From assembly GCA_035084275.1 (NCBI GenBank), contig CM068751.1, positions 7,874,001-7,938,000 of the forward strand: DNA of 64,000 nucleotides. Reading direction: 5' to 3'. Below are positions 51,981-64,000 of the stretch, piece by piece. The notes below the pieces were generated by a model, which was not told where the DNA came from, ran no database searches, and was given only the letters and a program-made list of their open reading frames with translations. Made by a program: the position numbers and the translations under genes. The stretch comes from Hydrolagus colliei. Its lineage: Eukaryota. Numbering within the stretch: the stretch's first letter is position 1; each line of letters opens with the position of its first letter.

Positions 51981-52914
51981 ACCATTCTGATATCCAGAAT
52001 GATGCGGGCATTGGACTAATACTTTCTACAAGTATTATGTAGAAATACTTGCTGCAGTATTTCTTTTCCTTACAATGCTGGAGTCAGTTCGCATTTTGCC
52101 TCTATATTTTGATGGGAGCATCAGCAATGGTACATGTATCTCTCAAGGTGCTTGAGCAAGCCTTTAATGTTCCTTCACGTCATTGCCCCCCACTGACACA
52201 GCTCATCTTCCAGACGTCTCGAACCCTTCATTCTGACAGCTCTTTCTGTCCTGAGCTTAACGTTTAAATGTTTTATGGCAGCAAGAATCAAAATCATCTT
52301 TTTACCTTCACCAAACTCCCCTCCAACTTGTACCCGAGACATCTCTGTAGTGTACTATTGTATCATCAGTGGGTTAAAATGGTACATTTCACTGAAAAGC
52401 AAAGGGGGTGGGGGGGGATGTTAGGGGTGGGGGGTGGGGGAGAAATAGCATTCACAGTAAACAATTTTTAAATAAACTGTAAACTTCTAGGGCTCTTGAA
52501 ACTCAAAGAGAATACATGGCTGCTTCTCAATTAAGCAAGCGAGCGTGACTAGTGTTTTGTGTGATTGATAAGTAGGTGTTTGCAAACTAACATTTCCAGG
52601 GATACCCCCCCTTTTTTTGAACAAAAGTAGTTGTGTGGTCCTGTCTGACCGCATGACATGATCATTGCTTACCCCACAGGCTCAGGTGTGAGGTAATCAC
52701 TCAGCACATGCAGCTCTCTGCTGAAGGTGATACAGATAAATGACCGGTAGAAAATGTGTGCATTATTCAAAACGTTTTAAAAGTCAGACCATTGTAACGG
52801 GTTAATCATCCGCAGATTGACCCCCTTGAACACCATTGTGATGTCGGCACACGAGGACAGCACCATATTACATAGCCCAGGGTGTTTCTGCAGCTCAATA
52901 CCTTCATCCATTGT

Positions 52915-53222
52915 CATAATAATAATCCTTGCATTTGATATAGCGCTTTTCACGTCTCCTGGACCATCTCAAAACACTTCACAGAGTACACTGTAAAGTG
53001 AATTGACTGTATATGTGTGGGCAAAACGAGGCAGCCAATTACGCACAGTAGACTCCCACAAACAGCCGTGGATTGAAATGACCAATTTATTATTATTACG
53101 TTTTCTTCTTGAGGGATTATTATCAGGCGTGTGGAGTAAGGTTTCGCCCTGACCTGCCTGGAACCGAACCCATGTCTCTCACTTGTAAGGCGAACGCTCT
53201 AACCACTGAGCTACAGGACTGC
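52915..53222 (-). mobile_element. tRNA-derived SINE, full length
   Basis: Consensus match; further partial copies at about 53535-53745, 54190-54298 and 55610-55765. Confidence 0.87.
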
Positions 53223-56200
53223 ACATATTAAATTATCTCTTGTATGTTTTATAAGTTGTTTGTGTTCAAAAACACAACTGGAATTGTTGGAATCCTTCAG
53301 ACAAGATGTAAAAATCAAAATTCCATCCGGCTCTTTCAGGTGATCGTTAAAGATTCTGTGATGTCAGAAAGAAGAGAATTGCTTTCTTTTTGATGTCCTT
53401 TAAAATAGTTGAATGTCACACGGTTTCCCTGAGCAAAACTCCCAAACTTTGGGACAATATTTGTTTTAGTATTGGCTTTGTGAAAGGGCAGTGGGAATAG
53501 TCCTGGGAGAAATACTTGGACTGGCTCTCGACTTTAATAATAATAATAATCCCTGCATTTGATATAGCACTTTTCACGTCTTCTTAGACGCTTCAAAGCA
53601 CTTCACAGAATGTACTGTAAAAGTGAATTGACTGAATATTTGTGGGCGAAACGCGACAGTTAATTGCACACAGCAATGTCCCACGAACAGTTGTTGTTTG
53701 AAATGACGAATTTATTATAATTTTTATTTTTGAGGGATTATTCTTAGTTATTATTAACAGTAAACATTGAATGCATTTGCCCCACACTTATAAGTTCAGC
53801 AAGAAGCAATGTCTTATAAACCTTCTCAAAGCAACTTAAATTTCAACCAACTTAAATTTCTCTTTCTGTGACAAACTGTCTGTTCTCCGAGGTGTAAGAT
53901 TGATAACTGACGATTGTACATGTGAACTATCTGTCTCCTCTGTGTGGCAAAGCATGAAAAAACTCTCAGCAACTCTCTTAAAGGAAGAGAGATATCAATA
54001 GACTGATTGTTAAAGGCTAAAAAATTCCCCATTTCTAAAAGTACTTTTCTCCCCTTTCGATACGAGCTACTTTCAAGCCTTCACTTGTAATAATCAATAA
54101 TTTAATTTTTATTTACTGATTAAAAACATGTTGTAACATATTGCTGTAACCAATATGTTACAGGAAATTCATTAATAAATAAATTTAGATTGTGGGACAC
54201 TGCTGTCCACAAATGTACTTTACGTTTTTTTCTGTGAAGCGCTTTGAAACATCTAGAAGATGTGAAGATGCTACATCAAATGCAAGGATTATTATTATAA
54301 TCAATATATCAAGAATCACAATAGACCTGCCTACGTCACCTCTCTCCTTTCAACAATAACTTGCATTTGATATGATATCCTTCACGCAAGACAGCGCTTT
54401 CCTTCAGGCCGTGATCAGTACTATACTACCTGACCAATCGCCCACAAAATGTACAGTCACTCCACTTCACAGTATATTCTGTGATGCGCTTTGAGATGTC
54501 TCAAATATAAGGATTTTCATTGGACCACTGATTTATTTTTTCTTTCAGACGCAACATCTTTCAGTTTTGATTCCTAATTCTAAAAAAAAAACTGGCATTT
54601 TAGGAATGGAACCATTGCTGGCTTTGCTTTTATTTATTTGAACGTCAGGTTAAAGTATCTGAATGATTGCAGTCATCATATGTGGAGTCCCAGTACTGAA
54701 GGGCTGGCACAGTAGTGACGAGATATATATATCTTAGTTATTATACAGTACATCACCCCATGGACACTTATTTTTAATTGGTTACATTTCCCATATTGGT
54801 CCAATAGGCTTATTAAAGAACTTCAAGTCTGTCTCAGCTGGTGTTAAAGTGTCTTCTTGACTGGGAAATGGAACAATTAAATTTTTACTCTTCACTTTGG
54901 GAATTTGAATCTAGATCCATAAAATGGTTATAAAGAGAAGTTACAGCAATTTCCTCTGGGATCATTTGTGTGTGAAAAATGGGGCATTGATTTGAATTTT
55001 TTTTTAGTTGTATTTGATTCAGCATTTGACCCATAAAAAGGGAGTGACGGCAGGAAAATAGGGAATGGATCACTCCCCCTCCCTCTTCCCTTCATGCTTA
55101 TACTCAGATGAAGTAAAAAAAATGGCTTCCATTTTCAGTTAATCAGATTTTGTTTTTATTTGTGATGCACAGATCAAATGAGGTTCAAGATTTCATTCAT
55201 CATACAACAGTTTTCACTTTGTCACAGTGGAAATGCCTGTATATAGATGACACTGGCATCAATCAGCCTGTTGGATTCAAAATTTGTGATGCCCTTGAAA
55301 GTCATTAGCAAAGTAGATTGAACCGTTCAGATCCTCTCCACTTCTACAATATCATTCAATATTTTCATACCCATTGTTCTTATATGTGGTGTGATGGAAT
55401 GCAATACATATTTAAAACTTACCTGATCACTAAAATCATGAGAAGGGCTCATGAAGGAGGCCTTTTGGGCCCATTTGATCTGTTGAAAGAAACATGGTTG
55501 GTTAGCGTAATCATTTGCAGTGCAGTTATACCCGAATTGTTTAATGCGCTTGCTAGTGGTGGTACCTGTGAAATAATCACAGGCATTTATTTGAAGAGGA
55601 TCTGCATTTAATAATAATCCTAGCATTTGATATAGCGCCTTATCATGCTTTCCAGACTTCTCAAAGCGCTTCATAAAATATACTGTAAAGCGAATTGATT
55701 GTAAATTTAGTGGCAAAAACGCAGCAGTGAATTGCACACAACAGTGTACCACAACAGTCGTGGATTTGAGTTATTAAATTATTACAATGCATATGTCATA
55801 TGGGAAATTTTATTTAGGTCCTAATTTTGGGGACATTTATGCTCGGAGGCAACTGATGCCTCGGGATTGCTATGGTTTGTAGACAGTGTTTCATTGTAGG
55901 TAACAGTCCACACACAGAAGGTCTATTTATACCATTGTGCATCACATGTTGTTCTGGATTATAGATCAATCCATTAAATCGAATACATCACATAATTGAA
56001 GAACTTGCTTCCACCATATGTATTCTCAACAGTAAAAAGGTGCACGACTTGTGAACTAATTTGTTAGTATAGCGATGGAATTAGAAATGTAAAAAAAAAG
56101 AATTTAGGAAATGAGCATTTCCAGGATAAGATGCATTGACATAAATCAACCCAGTTACAGTACTTCAAGAATCCTGCACATCAACAAGCCACCAGACAAC

Positions 56201-56387
56201 CTGCTTGTCCTTTCAATCAGTGCAAGTGAAAAGCTAACACAGAAGCAATAGATATCACACAAATTGGATCGACTTCCTTCACAAAAGCTGCATTTTGTTA
56301 AAAGTATTCCAAAATAGTCAAATATTGACACCGTTTAATACTGTCGCAAAATAAAAATAACTCGGTTGTTCCCTGATCTGGGTGTGT

Positions 56388-59300
56388 CTAGATGAAAAAC
56401 TCTTCCTCCTCCTCTTCCACTATACTGACACTTGCGTGGACGTGTTGAATGTTACGTGACTTCTGACAAGAATCTAAATCCTTTCCTCCTACTATTGCTG
56501 TCAGAGGCACTCTGCCCGAAATCGTACGATTCTCACAAGACTTTGCGCATTTCAGTCCAGTACTTATTATTGGTTTCACTGGCCGGTTGTTAGCCCTTAA
56601 ATTAGGAAGGCTGCTCTTCAAGTCTGGTGAAAATGTACCCAAACAGCAACCACTCTGACAAGTCACCGAATCCGCCTTGGAAATGACGAAACCCGTGTCG
56701 ACATCCGTCTCTGCAATTTGTATTCCAGAGGTGGCGTCTTCACCTGGTTCTCGGAGTTTCGCCGACGTGTTGTAACCGTGCGCGGGCGGATCACAGCGAG
56801 TCAAGGTTGCCGGACTGCTGCGCTGCGAGGAGTAACAGGAGCTGCTTCTGGGGGTACTGCACAAACTGTCCGAGGTACTGCTTTCATTTTTATCTGGCGT
56901 TCCCGTCGAATCAGTCCTCTTCTTCCCCTTCGGATGCCTCCTCTCGCATCTGTCTCCGGCCAAGGCGGAGAAGGTTTTACTCTTGTCGTGTGGTGATGAT
57001 TGGCTACTGGCCCACTTATCGGGCGTTGAGCGCTGATGGCAGGGCAGCGAGCCACACGATCGATCGCTCGAGGCGAGTGTGCTGGGCACTTGAGAAGCCG
57101 AGCAATTCCCGTGCAAGTGTTTCAAGTTCTCTCTGACCTGGTGACGGAAGATCAAAGTCAATCAAGTCAAATACAAGGATTATTATCAATTCATGTTCCA
57201 CGACAATAGACTATTGTGCAGGTCACTCCATCAATTCTCAGGCTCCTTCAACCATCAGCAAAGCATTGGTGGTCATTCATTAACCTGGAAGGATGCAGAG
57301 AGCACCCCTCAAAAGAGGAGAGGTGGATGGGGGCCGGTGGGGTGGGTGGGGAAGAATATTTTCCATCTCGTATCTAAAATATCTGAATACATTTTGAAAC
57401 ACTAAGATCTAATCTCTCGTGCCCTTTTTATCTTTACAACAGGGAAAATCAGTGTGAATTAGAGGGTATTTTCAATCAAACATTTTGACCCTTTCATCTC
57501 ACACATTAAACGGTTTAAGAAATCACGATGCACAGCCTGTAGAGATTCATTGTAAGATATAGCAGTTTAATGCACAGTACTGATTAAATCCTAAACTGCG
57601 CAATGGCAGTCTAACATTGCTTAGAATGAAACGAATAACAAATGAAGAACAGTAAAAGCCCGTTCATCCAGCACCTGCGGGTCCTGGCCAATGCCGGTTA
57701 AATCGTCTGCCAGATATTCGGGCGGCCCACGGCCAAAAACCCACAACAAAAAAATTAAAGTTCTTTTAACACACACCATACACACCAGACTAAATAATAA
57801 CAGATAATAACAGAATATTATATTGGTACTTATTGTTAAAACTACTCTCTTGCGCTTCTCACCTTTACTGATTGAGGTTTACAGTCCAGCGATTCTTTTT
57901 TAAATGGAGGATGCCAAGCGGGTGAAAAAAACGGCAGCGCGATTTTAAAGTCGCGCAATTTTACTCGGGGCAAGTCGATAGCGCTGGACTTTACTACCGA
58001 AATACTGCACCTGCACGACAATGTGGGTTATCGGCTAGCATTATCGGCTTTCCGCGAGTAAGGCTTTAAAGTCACGCTCTGTTTTTTTCACCCGCTTGGC
58101 GTCCTCCATTTTAAAAAGAATCGCTGAACTATAAACCTCAACCGCAGCATCATGGCTTCAAGCTCAGCATCTACCAGCAAAGGTGAGAAGCGCAAGAGAG
58201 TAGTTTTAACAATAAGTACCAATACAATATTCTGTTATTATGTTATTATTTATGCATTTACAAATGCATTTACAAATGCTCTACTACTATTGTTCCAGAT
58301 AAGTTCCGGTTTATCGAATGGGGACTTTATTTGGCGTGCCGGTTATACAGAAGTGCAGGTTCATCGAGTCACAGATAAACGGGCTTCTACTGTATTTGCT
58401 TCTACAAACTAAATACAAACCAACCCATTCAACCTAACAAATGGGATCAATTGTGGAACAGTTTCTAACAGAATTTCTTAAAGAAACCCACTCTCCCAGA
58501 CTCTGTTGGAATCTGCTGTGATGTCCTGGGAGTTTTCTAATTAAATGACATTCCACAGACCGAGAATGCACATTTGACAACATTTTCATTAGTTAAAGCA
58601 AATTGGAAATTATTTTTAGATCGCCTTAAGTGTGATCTCTTTCTATCCCACTTGTATTTGGGGGGGATTAAAACAGTTCTATTAGAGAATGTAGGCCACA
58701 GCTGCTATAGCAGGTTTATACCAACATTTCACTCTAAATTCAAACTGCTAATATAAGCAGAACTTTAAAGGATTATTTACTGAATGGTATCATAATTGGG
58801 ATGGTTCAGCTTTTCACTACATTACTTAATTCCTGCAACTAACATAGATTCTAAACATAGATTTGGGCCTGGAATTAGAACGTCAATACAATGAAGAATA
58901 CAACCAACACTCCTATCTATCATGGCTATTTTATTGGTAACATTGCGTTGCGGATTTTAACTCCTTCTGACTTTGTAAATGCCTTGCTGAGTATACGAGC
59001 AAAGGAACACACGTTAATTTGTAGAAGTGTCATCTTTGGTGTACAGATGTACATCAACCCAAGGCAATGTTCATTCCCATCGCTTTCTTAAAAAGCATTA
59101 TACAGCAGCTGCCAACATTTACTTCACTGTCTCTAAATAACACTGTAAGGAGACCTTTGTAGCTAGTGTCCCTACAACAACAACAACTTGGATTTGTATA
59201 GTGCCCTCCCTCCACGTCGGATGGCGTCTCAGAGCGCTTCACATAATGGATCCTGGGACCGAGCCAGGGGGAGGGGGAAAAAAGTGACCAAAAGCATGGA

Positions 59301-60524
59301 CGAAAAAAATGGTCTTTAGCTGAGATCTGAAAGTAGGAAGAGAGGAGGCGAGGCGAAGGGATTGAGGAAGGGAGTTCCAGAGTCTCAGAGCATAGTGGCT
59401 GAAGGCATGGCTGCCGACGGTGGAGCGGAGGATTCAGGGGGCAAGGAGGAGGCCAGACCCGGTGGAGCAAAGGCAATGGGTGCTGTTGTGAGCAGAGAGG
59501 AGGTCGGAATGGTAAAGCGAGTGGAGGGATTTGAAAACAAGAGTGAGGATCTTGAAATCCATCCACTCCGATAGAGGGAGCCAGTGGAGTCTGGCAAGGA
59601 CTGGGGTAATCGGGGAGCGAAATTTGGTACGAGTGAGAATGCGGGCGACAGAATTTTGGATAACCTGGATTTTGTGATTGATGGCGGAGGGTGAGACCGG
59701 CGAAGAGGGTCTGCATGGCTTACTTTTGTGCAAAATCGATCACACCACAAAATGACCGCGCCCTCTCTGAACAGGCATACCTACTTGGAACAGGATCTTG
59801 TTTCCATCATAGTCTTCAGTTTGCCACCTTGTATTGCTGATAGGGACGCACGGATTGGGTAGAAGTGGCACCAGTTCCCCAATTGCCTGCACCCTGAATT
59901 GCAGCACGGCAGATTCTTTCAGGTTCACAGAGACTCCGAGCGGCAACTGCTTCAAAGACAGCTGGATGCAGAAACTCTGGTTCGAATATAGAGTGAAGCA
60001 GCAAAAGTCACTTTTTTGCACGGTCGCTTTGCTTTGCAAAATCAACTCGTAGAGCTTGACCGCGTCTTCGAAGTTTTCGTAGCTGCAGCACAGTGTGACG
60101 CGTAGGATTTCACTGCCGTAGTGCACTTGCCTCACAGCCCAGATAGGCATGTTGGCGTCTAAGGAATAGAAGTCCTGGCAACAAATCATGTACGGAAGAA
60201 TTTTCCCGCCAACACTTTCGCTGTGATGGTAACTCCACGGTGGACCTTGGAAGAAGTCGTGGACTTGTAATATTCGTTCTTCGCCGAAGTCCTCGTGAAA
60301 GAACAGAATGACAGAGAGCGATGGGTAGCCAGACTTCTTTGATGGGGACCTGGTGCATTTGACGGGAGCCGCTCGCTCGGAAACGTGGAACAGTTGGATT
60401 TCCGGGCTTAACCACTGCAGCAAGCAGTCCAAGATATGCTGCAATGTTTGCGATTCTCCAGGATTGGCGAGGAGATGCACAGTCATCTGAAAGGGATCCT
60501 GACCATCTTCCTGCAAAAAATCAC
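56388..60524 (-). CDS. FAM124B: FAM124B, last two coding exons (5' end may be incomplete)
   Basis: Exons 59785-60524 (alternative acceptor at 60510; in-frame ATG of MTVHLLAN at 60486) and 56388-57137. Motifs MTVHLLAN, GSEILRVTL, QLSLKQLP, LVPLLPNPC, RWQTEDYDGNKIL, AETDVDTGF and C-terminal EEEFFI match FAM124B rather than FAM124A. Position next to SERPINE2-like genes agrees. Confidence 0.92.
57650..58392. mobile_element. Non-autonomous Tigger/pogo-like MITE with internal palindrome
   Basis: TIRs CAGTAAAAGCCCGTTCATC / GATAAACGGGCTTCTACTG, followed by TA on the right. Remnant MASSSASTSKGEKRKRVVLTI at 58152 resembles the KRKRVVLTI N-terminus of Tigger/JRKL/TIGD2-type transposases. Confidence 0.8.
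59174..59710 (-). mobile_element. L2 3' fragment in the FAM124B intron
   Basis: [23 protein letters not shown] motifs; same subfamily tail as 313-600. Confidence 0.88.
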
Positions 60525-63500
60525 CTGTTTTTTGTTTTGCAAAGAAGAAAAACAAAAAAGAAATGACATTAATACCGTCAACTTGGATCGCAAGCATTTT
60601 CAGTCGCAAAAAAGGTTTGACGAGTGAAGTGAGCGACTGAATGTGCAGTGTTGTTCATATAGAAACAGCTATTTGAGAACCTCAACATGTGTATGTATTT
60701 ACAAGAGCTATGATCTAAAATGGCCACAAGTAAACGATCCGCAGTCTATAAGAGCTCACTGAAAATACATTTCATTTCAAAGAGCTCTTGCATATATCAC
60801 AGCGTAGCCAAAGTTGCTTCGAAAACACAGCACATTTTGGCTAATATGATCACGTCAAATCTCTTGTTACTCTTGCAGTTGACGCCATCAGCTGAAAACG
60901 TTAACCCTTGCAGTCAACCCTCTCTATAACCAAACCTACTCTCTCTTACACACACACACACAAACACAATTTTACATATAAACACATCCAACACATGTCC
61001 ATTTGCTCATGGCAGCATTTGGTTAATACCTAAGGAAACACTTCATCTAGCCACCCACCTCTAAATATTTTACATATATGTATAGTATTGCCAATCGATT
61101 GGCAGTCACCATGCCAGCTATCCTATTGTGTTCATACATATGAATTTAAGACTTGCATTTAATTACTTTTTATTGATACAGCCTCATTAATAAACCACTG
61201 GCATAAATAACCAAAGTAGAAGGGAGAGGAAAGGGAGAAACTGAGAGACTTTTAAGGTTTATTTAATTTAACCTTCAACAGGAAGCCATCATGTCTCACT
61301 GTGCCCAGAAGGTCATTATCTTCATTTTAGACATTTCTGCCTGATATGAGCGGAGCAGTGAAATAATTTGGTACATGATTAATGTGGACCCAATTATATT
61401 TTAGAACTAAACAGGGACATTGTTCATGAAGTGAGCCAAATTTAGGGCAGCCAACAGTAATTAGATATTAAACTCAATCTTTGTGACAGATGATTATTGT
61501 GCATGCACAATGGATTTCAGGATCCTAGTTTCGTTGAATGCAATACAGATGAATGACTGACCAAACCACATCTACCTTAATGAAATGGGATTTAGACCAC
61601 GACTTTTGGCACATGGTCGTATGCGGGCAAGGCGAAACTGGGAGAAAAAAATAGCTCTTACAAAGTTGCTTTTCGCCACCATCTCCATCTACACAAAAAG
61701 ATTCCACTTTTCCTTTTGAACTTAGCACATTTTTCCTGAAATCCCACTGTTTCATTTCATTGACTTCAGCCTGGTGACAAATAGGAGAGGTTATGTCGGG
61801 GTGCCAAGGCAAAAGTTAGAACCGCAGTCATAAATGACCCATACAACAGCATTTTAATTCATTGCATAGGTTAGACTACAATAGCTGCTCACAGTGGGTG
61901 ACTGATTGAGAGTTAGGTCTTGTCTATTTTATTTCCAAACCGGAAGATTTTATTTTAGAAACATGTAGGCTACAAATCATTTTCCTAAACAAGGTACGTG
62001 GCACAATGCAAAAATGTATTGTGGTTTGTAAGCTCTGCAAATCATAGGCAAAACTCAATTTCTCTAGTGAATAAATGAGGGGATAAGTCCTTTGAGACGT
62101 CTTGGAGGCTTGAGAAGGCACTATATCAAATTTTTTAAGATTACATATGGGCATGGTTTTTTTTAGATGAATGAGGAAAGACAACAACTTGATGTTAAAT
62201 GCAGGACTTTCCGTTGACAGAAGTTATATGGAAATTTACCCACGCCCTGAAATGAAATGTCCACAAAATGTGAACATTTTTCCAGCAAAATCTGCAATTT
62301 CCTTAACAATTTTCTCCAAGGGCATGGCATTATGTGAAGTTAATCATTTGTGAAGTTGGACCAATGCCTCCTCTACTGCGGCAAGCTGATAAGAACTTTA
62401 GAAACAGCAACAATATTACAGAAGAACCAACCAGGAAATCCTGGAGGTTTGTGAGCTGCTGAAATAATTTCAAATAAAGAGTCTGTTTTTGAGGGGAAAA
62501 AGAAACGCTACTTTATTCAAAATCAAAAGAAGGCACAACAAGAGCAATCTGCTCCTTTTTTTGTATTAACTTGTCAATTTAAATTGCAGAATTGCACTTA
62601 AGCCCATTAATTGGATATTTCGTAAATATTATCAACGTGTAAACTGATATTCCAACTATTAATTTGACTAATTTGCAAGAATACAAACCTTTTAAAAATT
62701 TAGAACATAAATCCAGCAAATAGACTACATTTAAAACAAAAGTGCTTTTGTCCTGAACAAAACCCACCCACCACAATTTAAAAAAAAACATATGCAGAAA
62801 TGTTTCCATGGTATCGCTGTCGTTTTAGGCTTGCTGAGTTGTAACACATTAATTTGCTCATAATGGTTGGAGAAACCTTGACCATTCTAATCAAACCTGA
62901 TATAAAAAAAGCTTTCTCTGTTCCTCTACTAAACACTAAATCTCCTCTGTCTGATGAAGAGGTAAATTGGAGATCAGATAAGTTTGCTTATTTGGGAGGA
63001 CATAAAGTCACTTTTTTCTCCAAAAAACATTCCGAGCTACTGAATCAGAAAATCTCTGCATTTATTAAAGGGCTGAAAAGTTTTGCTGTTCCAGCCATCT
63101 AGTTTGCAACACGGAGAGAACAGTTTTTTCTTTGATTACAAAACAAAAAGTTCTTGTTCCATAATTACGTTACTGAACCAGATGGAGCGGCAAGGATTAT
63201 AACTTGATGCATGATGGAAAGGAGATTATGCATCAACCATCTGTGAAGGTCTCTGATAGCAGCACATAAATTGCATGCTACTGGTTCAAAGTGTTTACAC
63301 AAATACAGTACGTGGTTTGAAAGATTACTATATCTGGGGTTCTGCCTGTGCATTTTTTTTTAGTCTGATGCTCCCAATATTCAAGCTATTCCTACAACTC
63401 TGAGCCAATGCAAAAGGCTAAGGTTTTCTCAGTGCAGATAATAATTCTGCTTGATTATGAAAACAACATTGAAGGAGTATCGCAGCGCATTTCTGTAAGG

Positions 63501-64000
63501 CAACATAGAGCTAAAGCTAGCTTTGGTCATGCAATTTACTGCTAGCTATGCCTTTGTCTCTGGCTGGTGATGGAAGATTTTGTTTTCCTAAAAAAAATGT
63601 CAAAGTTGTTTCAGATTGTGAAAAGGGAGTTAAAGTCAGGCACGAGAAGTGAAATGAGGTAAAAATATCTTGGCAAACAGGTTATGCTGCCAACACCACC
63701 TCTGATTGAGCGGTTCAAACATCTTAGCCTTTCATAACTTGAAAGATAAATACAAGGACAATAACAACTATGTCCAGAGGGCTCAGATATTCTTGTCTCA
63801 TGAGTGTGTGGTAGACAAAGCAACAGCTGTTCAAATCGATGGCTGCTTCAATTCATTTTCCAGCAAAAAGACTTCTGGTCATTACTATTACAGGAGGCCA
63901 AGGATTGGTTTCACTGCAGAACATTTTCTTGCGGTGTTCAGGGGGAAAAAAAGAAACCGCTTGGGAACAAGGTTTTAACTGAAATGGACTGTACGACAAC

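Noticed and set aside
1-64000. CRISPR-like or other prokaryotic systems
   Set aside because: The DNA is intron-containing vertebrate sequence. Repeats are dispersed SINE/LINE copies without regular repeat-spacer structure.

Overview
Vertebrate nuclear DNA, AT-rich and dense in repeats. The tRNA-headed DeuSINE-like SINE, L2 and CR1 content suggests a cartilaginous fish, probably a chimaera such as Callorhinchus (inference). Five spliced protein-coding genes, all on the minus strand, were assembled by hand with phase-consistent splice sites. They are: two tandem SERPINE2/protease nexin-1-like serpins (403 and 397 aa); an intact S28-family (PRSS16-like) serine peptidase (486 aa); a RING-BB1-BB2-coiled coil-FN3 TRIM gene with no SPRY domain and a 3.08-kb exon (1371 aa); and the last two coding exons of FAM124B. 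The most striking signal is the serpin pair. Their introns are about 92% identical, but exon 4 is only about 78% identical and nearly all its changes are amino-acid-altering. One copy keeps an inhibitory hinge with a Lys-Ser reactive site. The other has an in-frame 18-nt hinge deletion and a rewritten reactive loop, so it looks like a young, positively selected, non-inhibitory serpin. Other observations: an inverted duplication bracketing exons 2-8 of the peptidase, a hAT MITE carrying a G-rich minisatellite, a palindromic Tigger-like MITE, and a probable template-switch patch between two inverted L2 copies. Identity figures are manual counts, and repeat boundaries are approximate.
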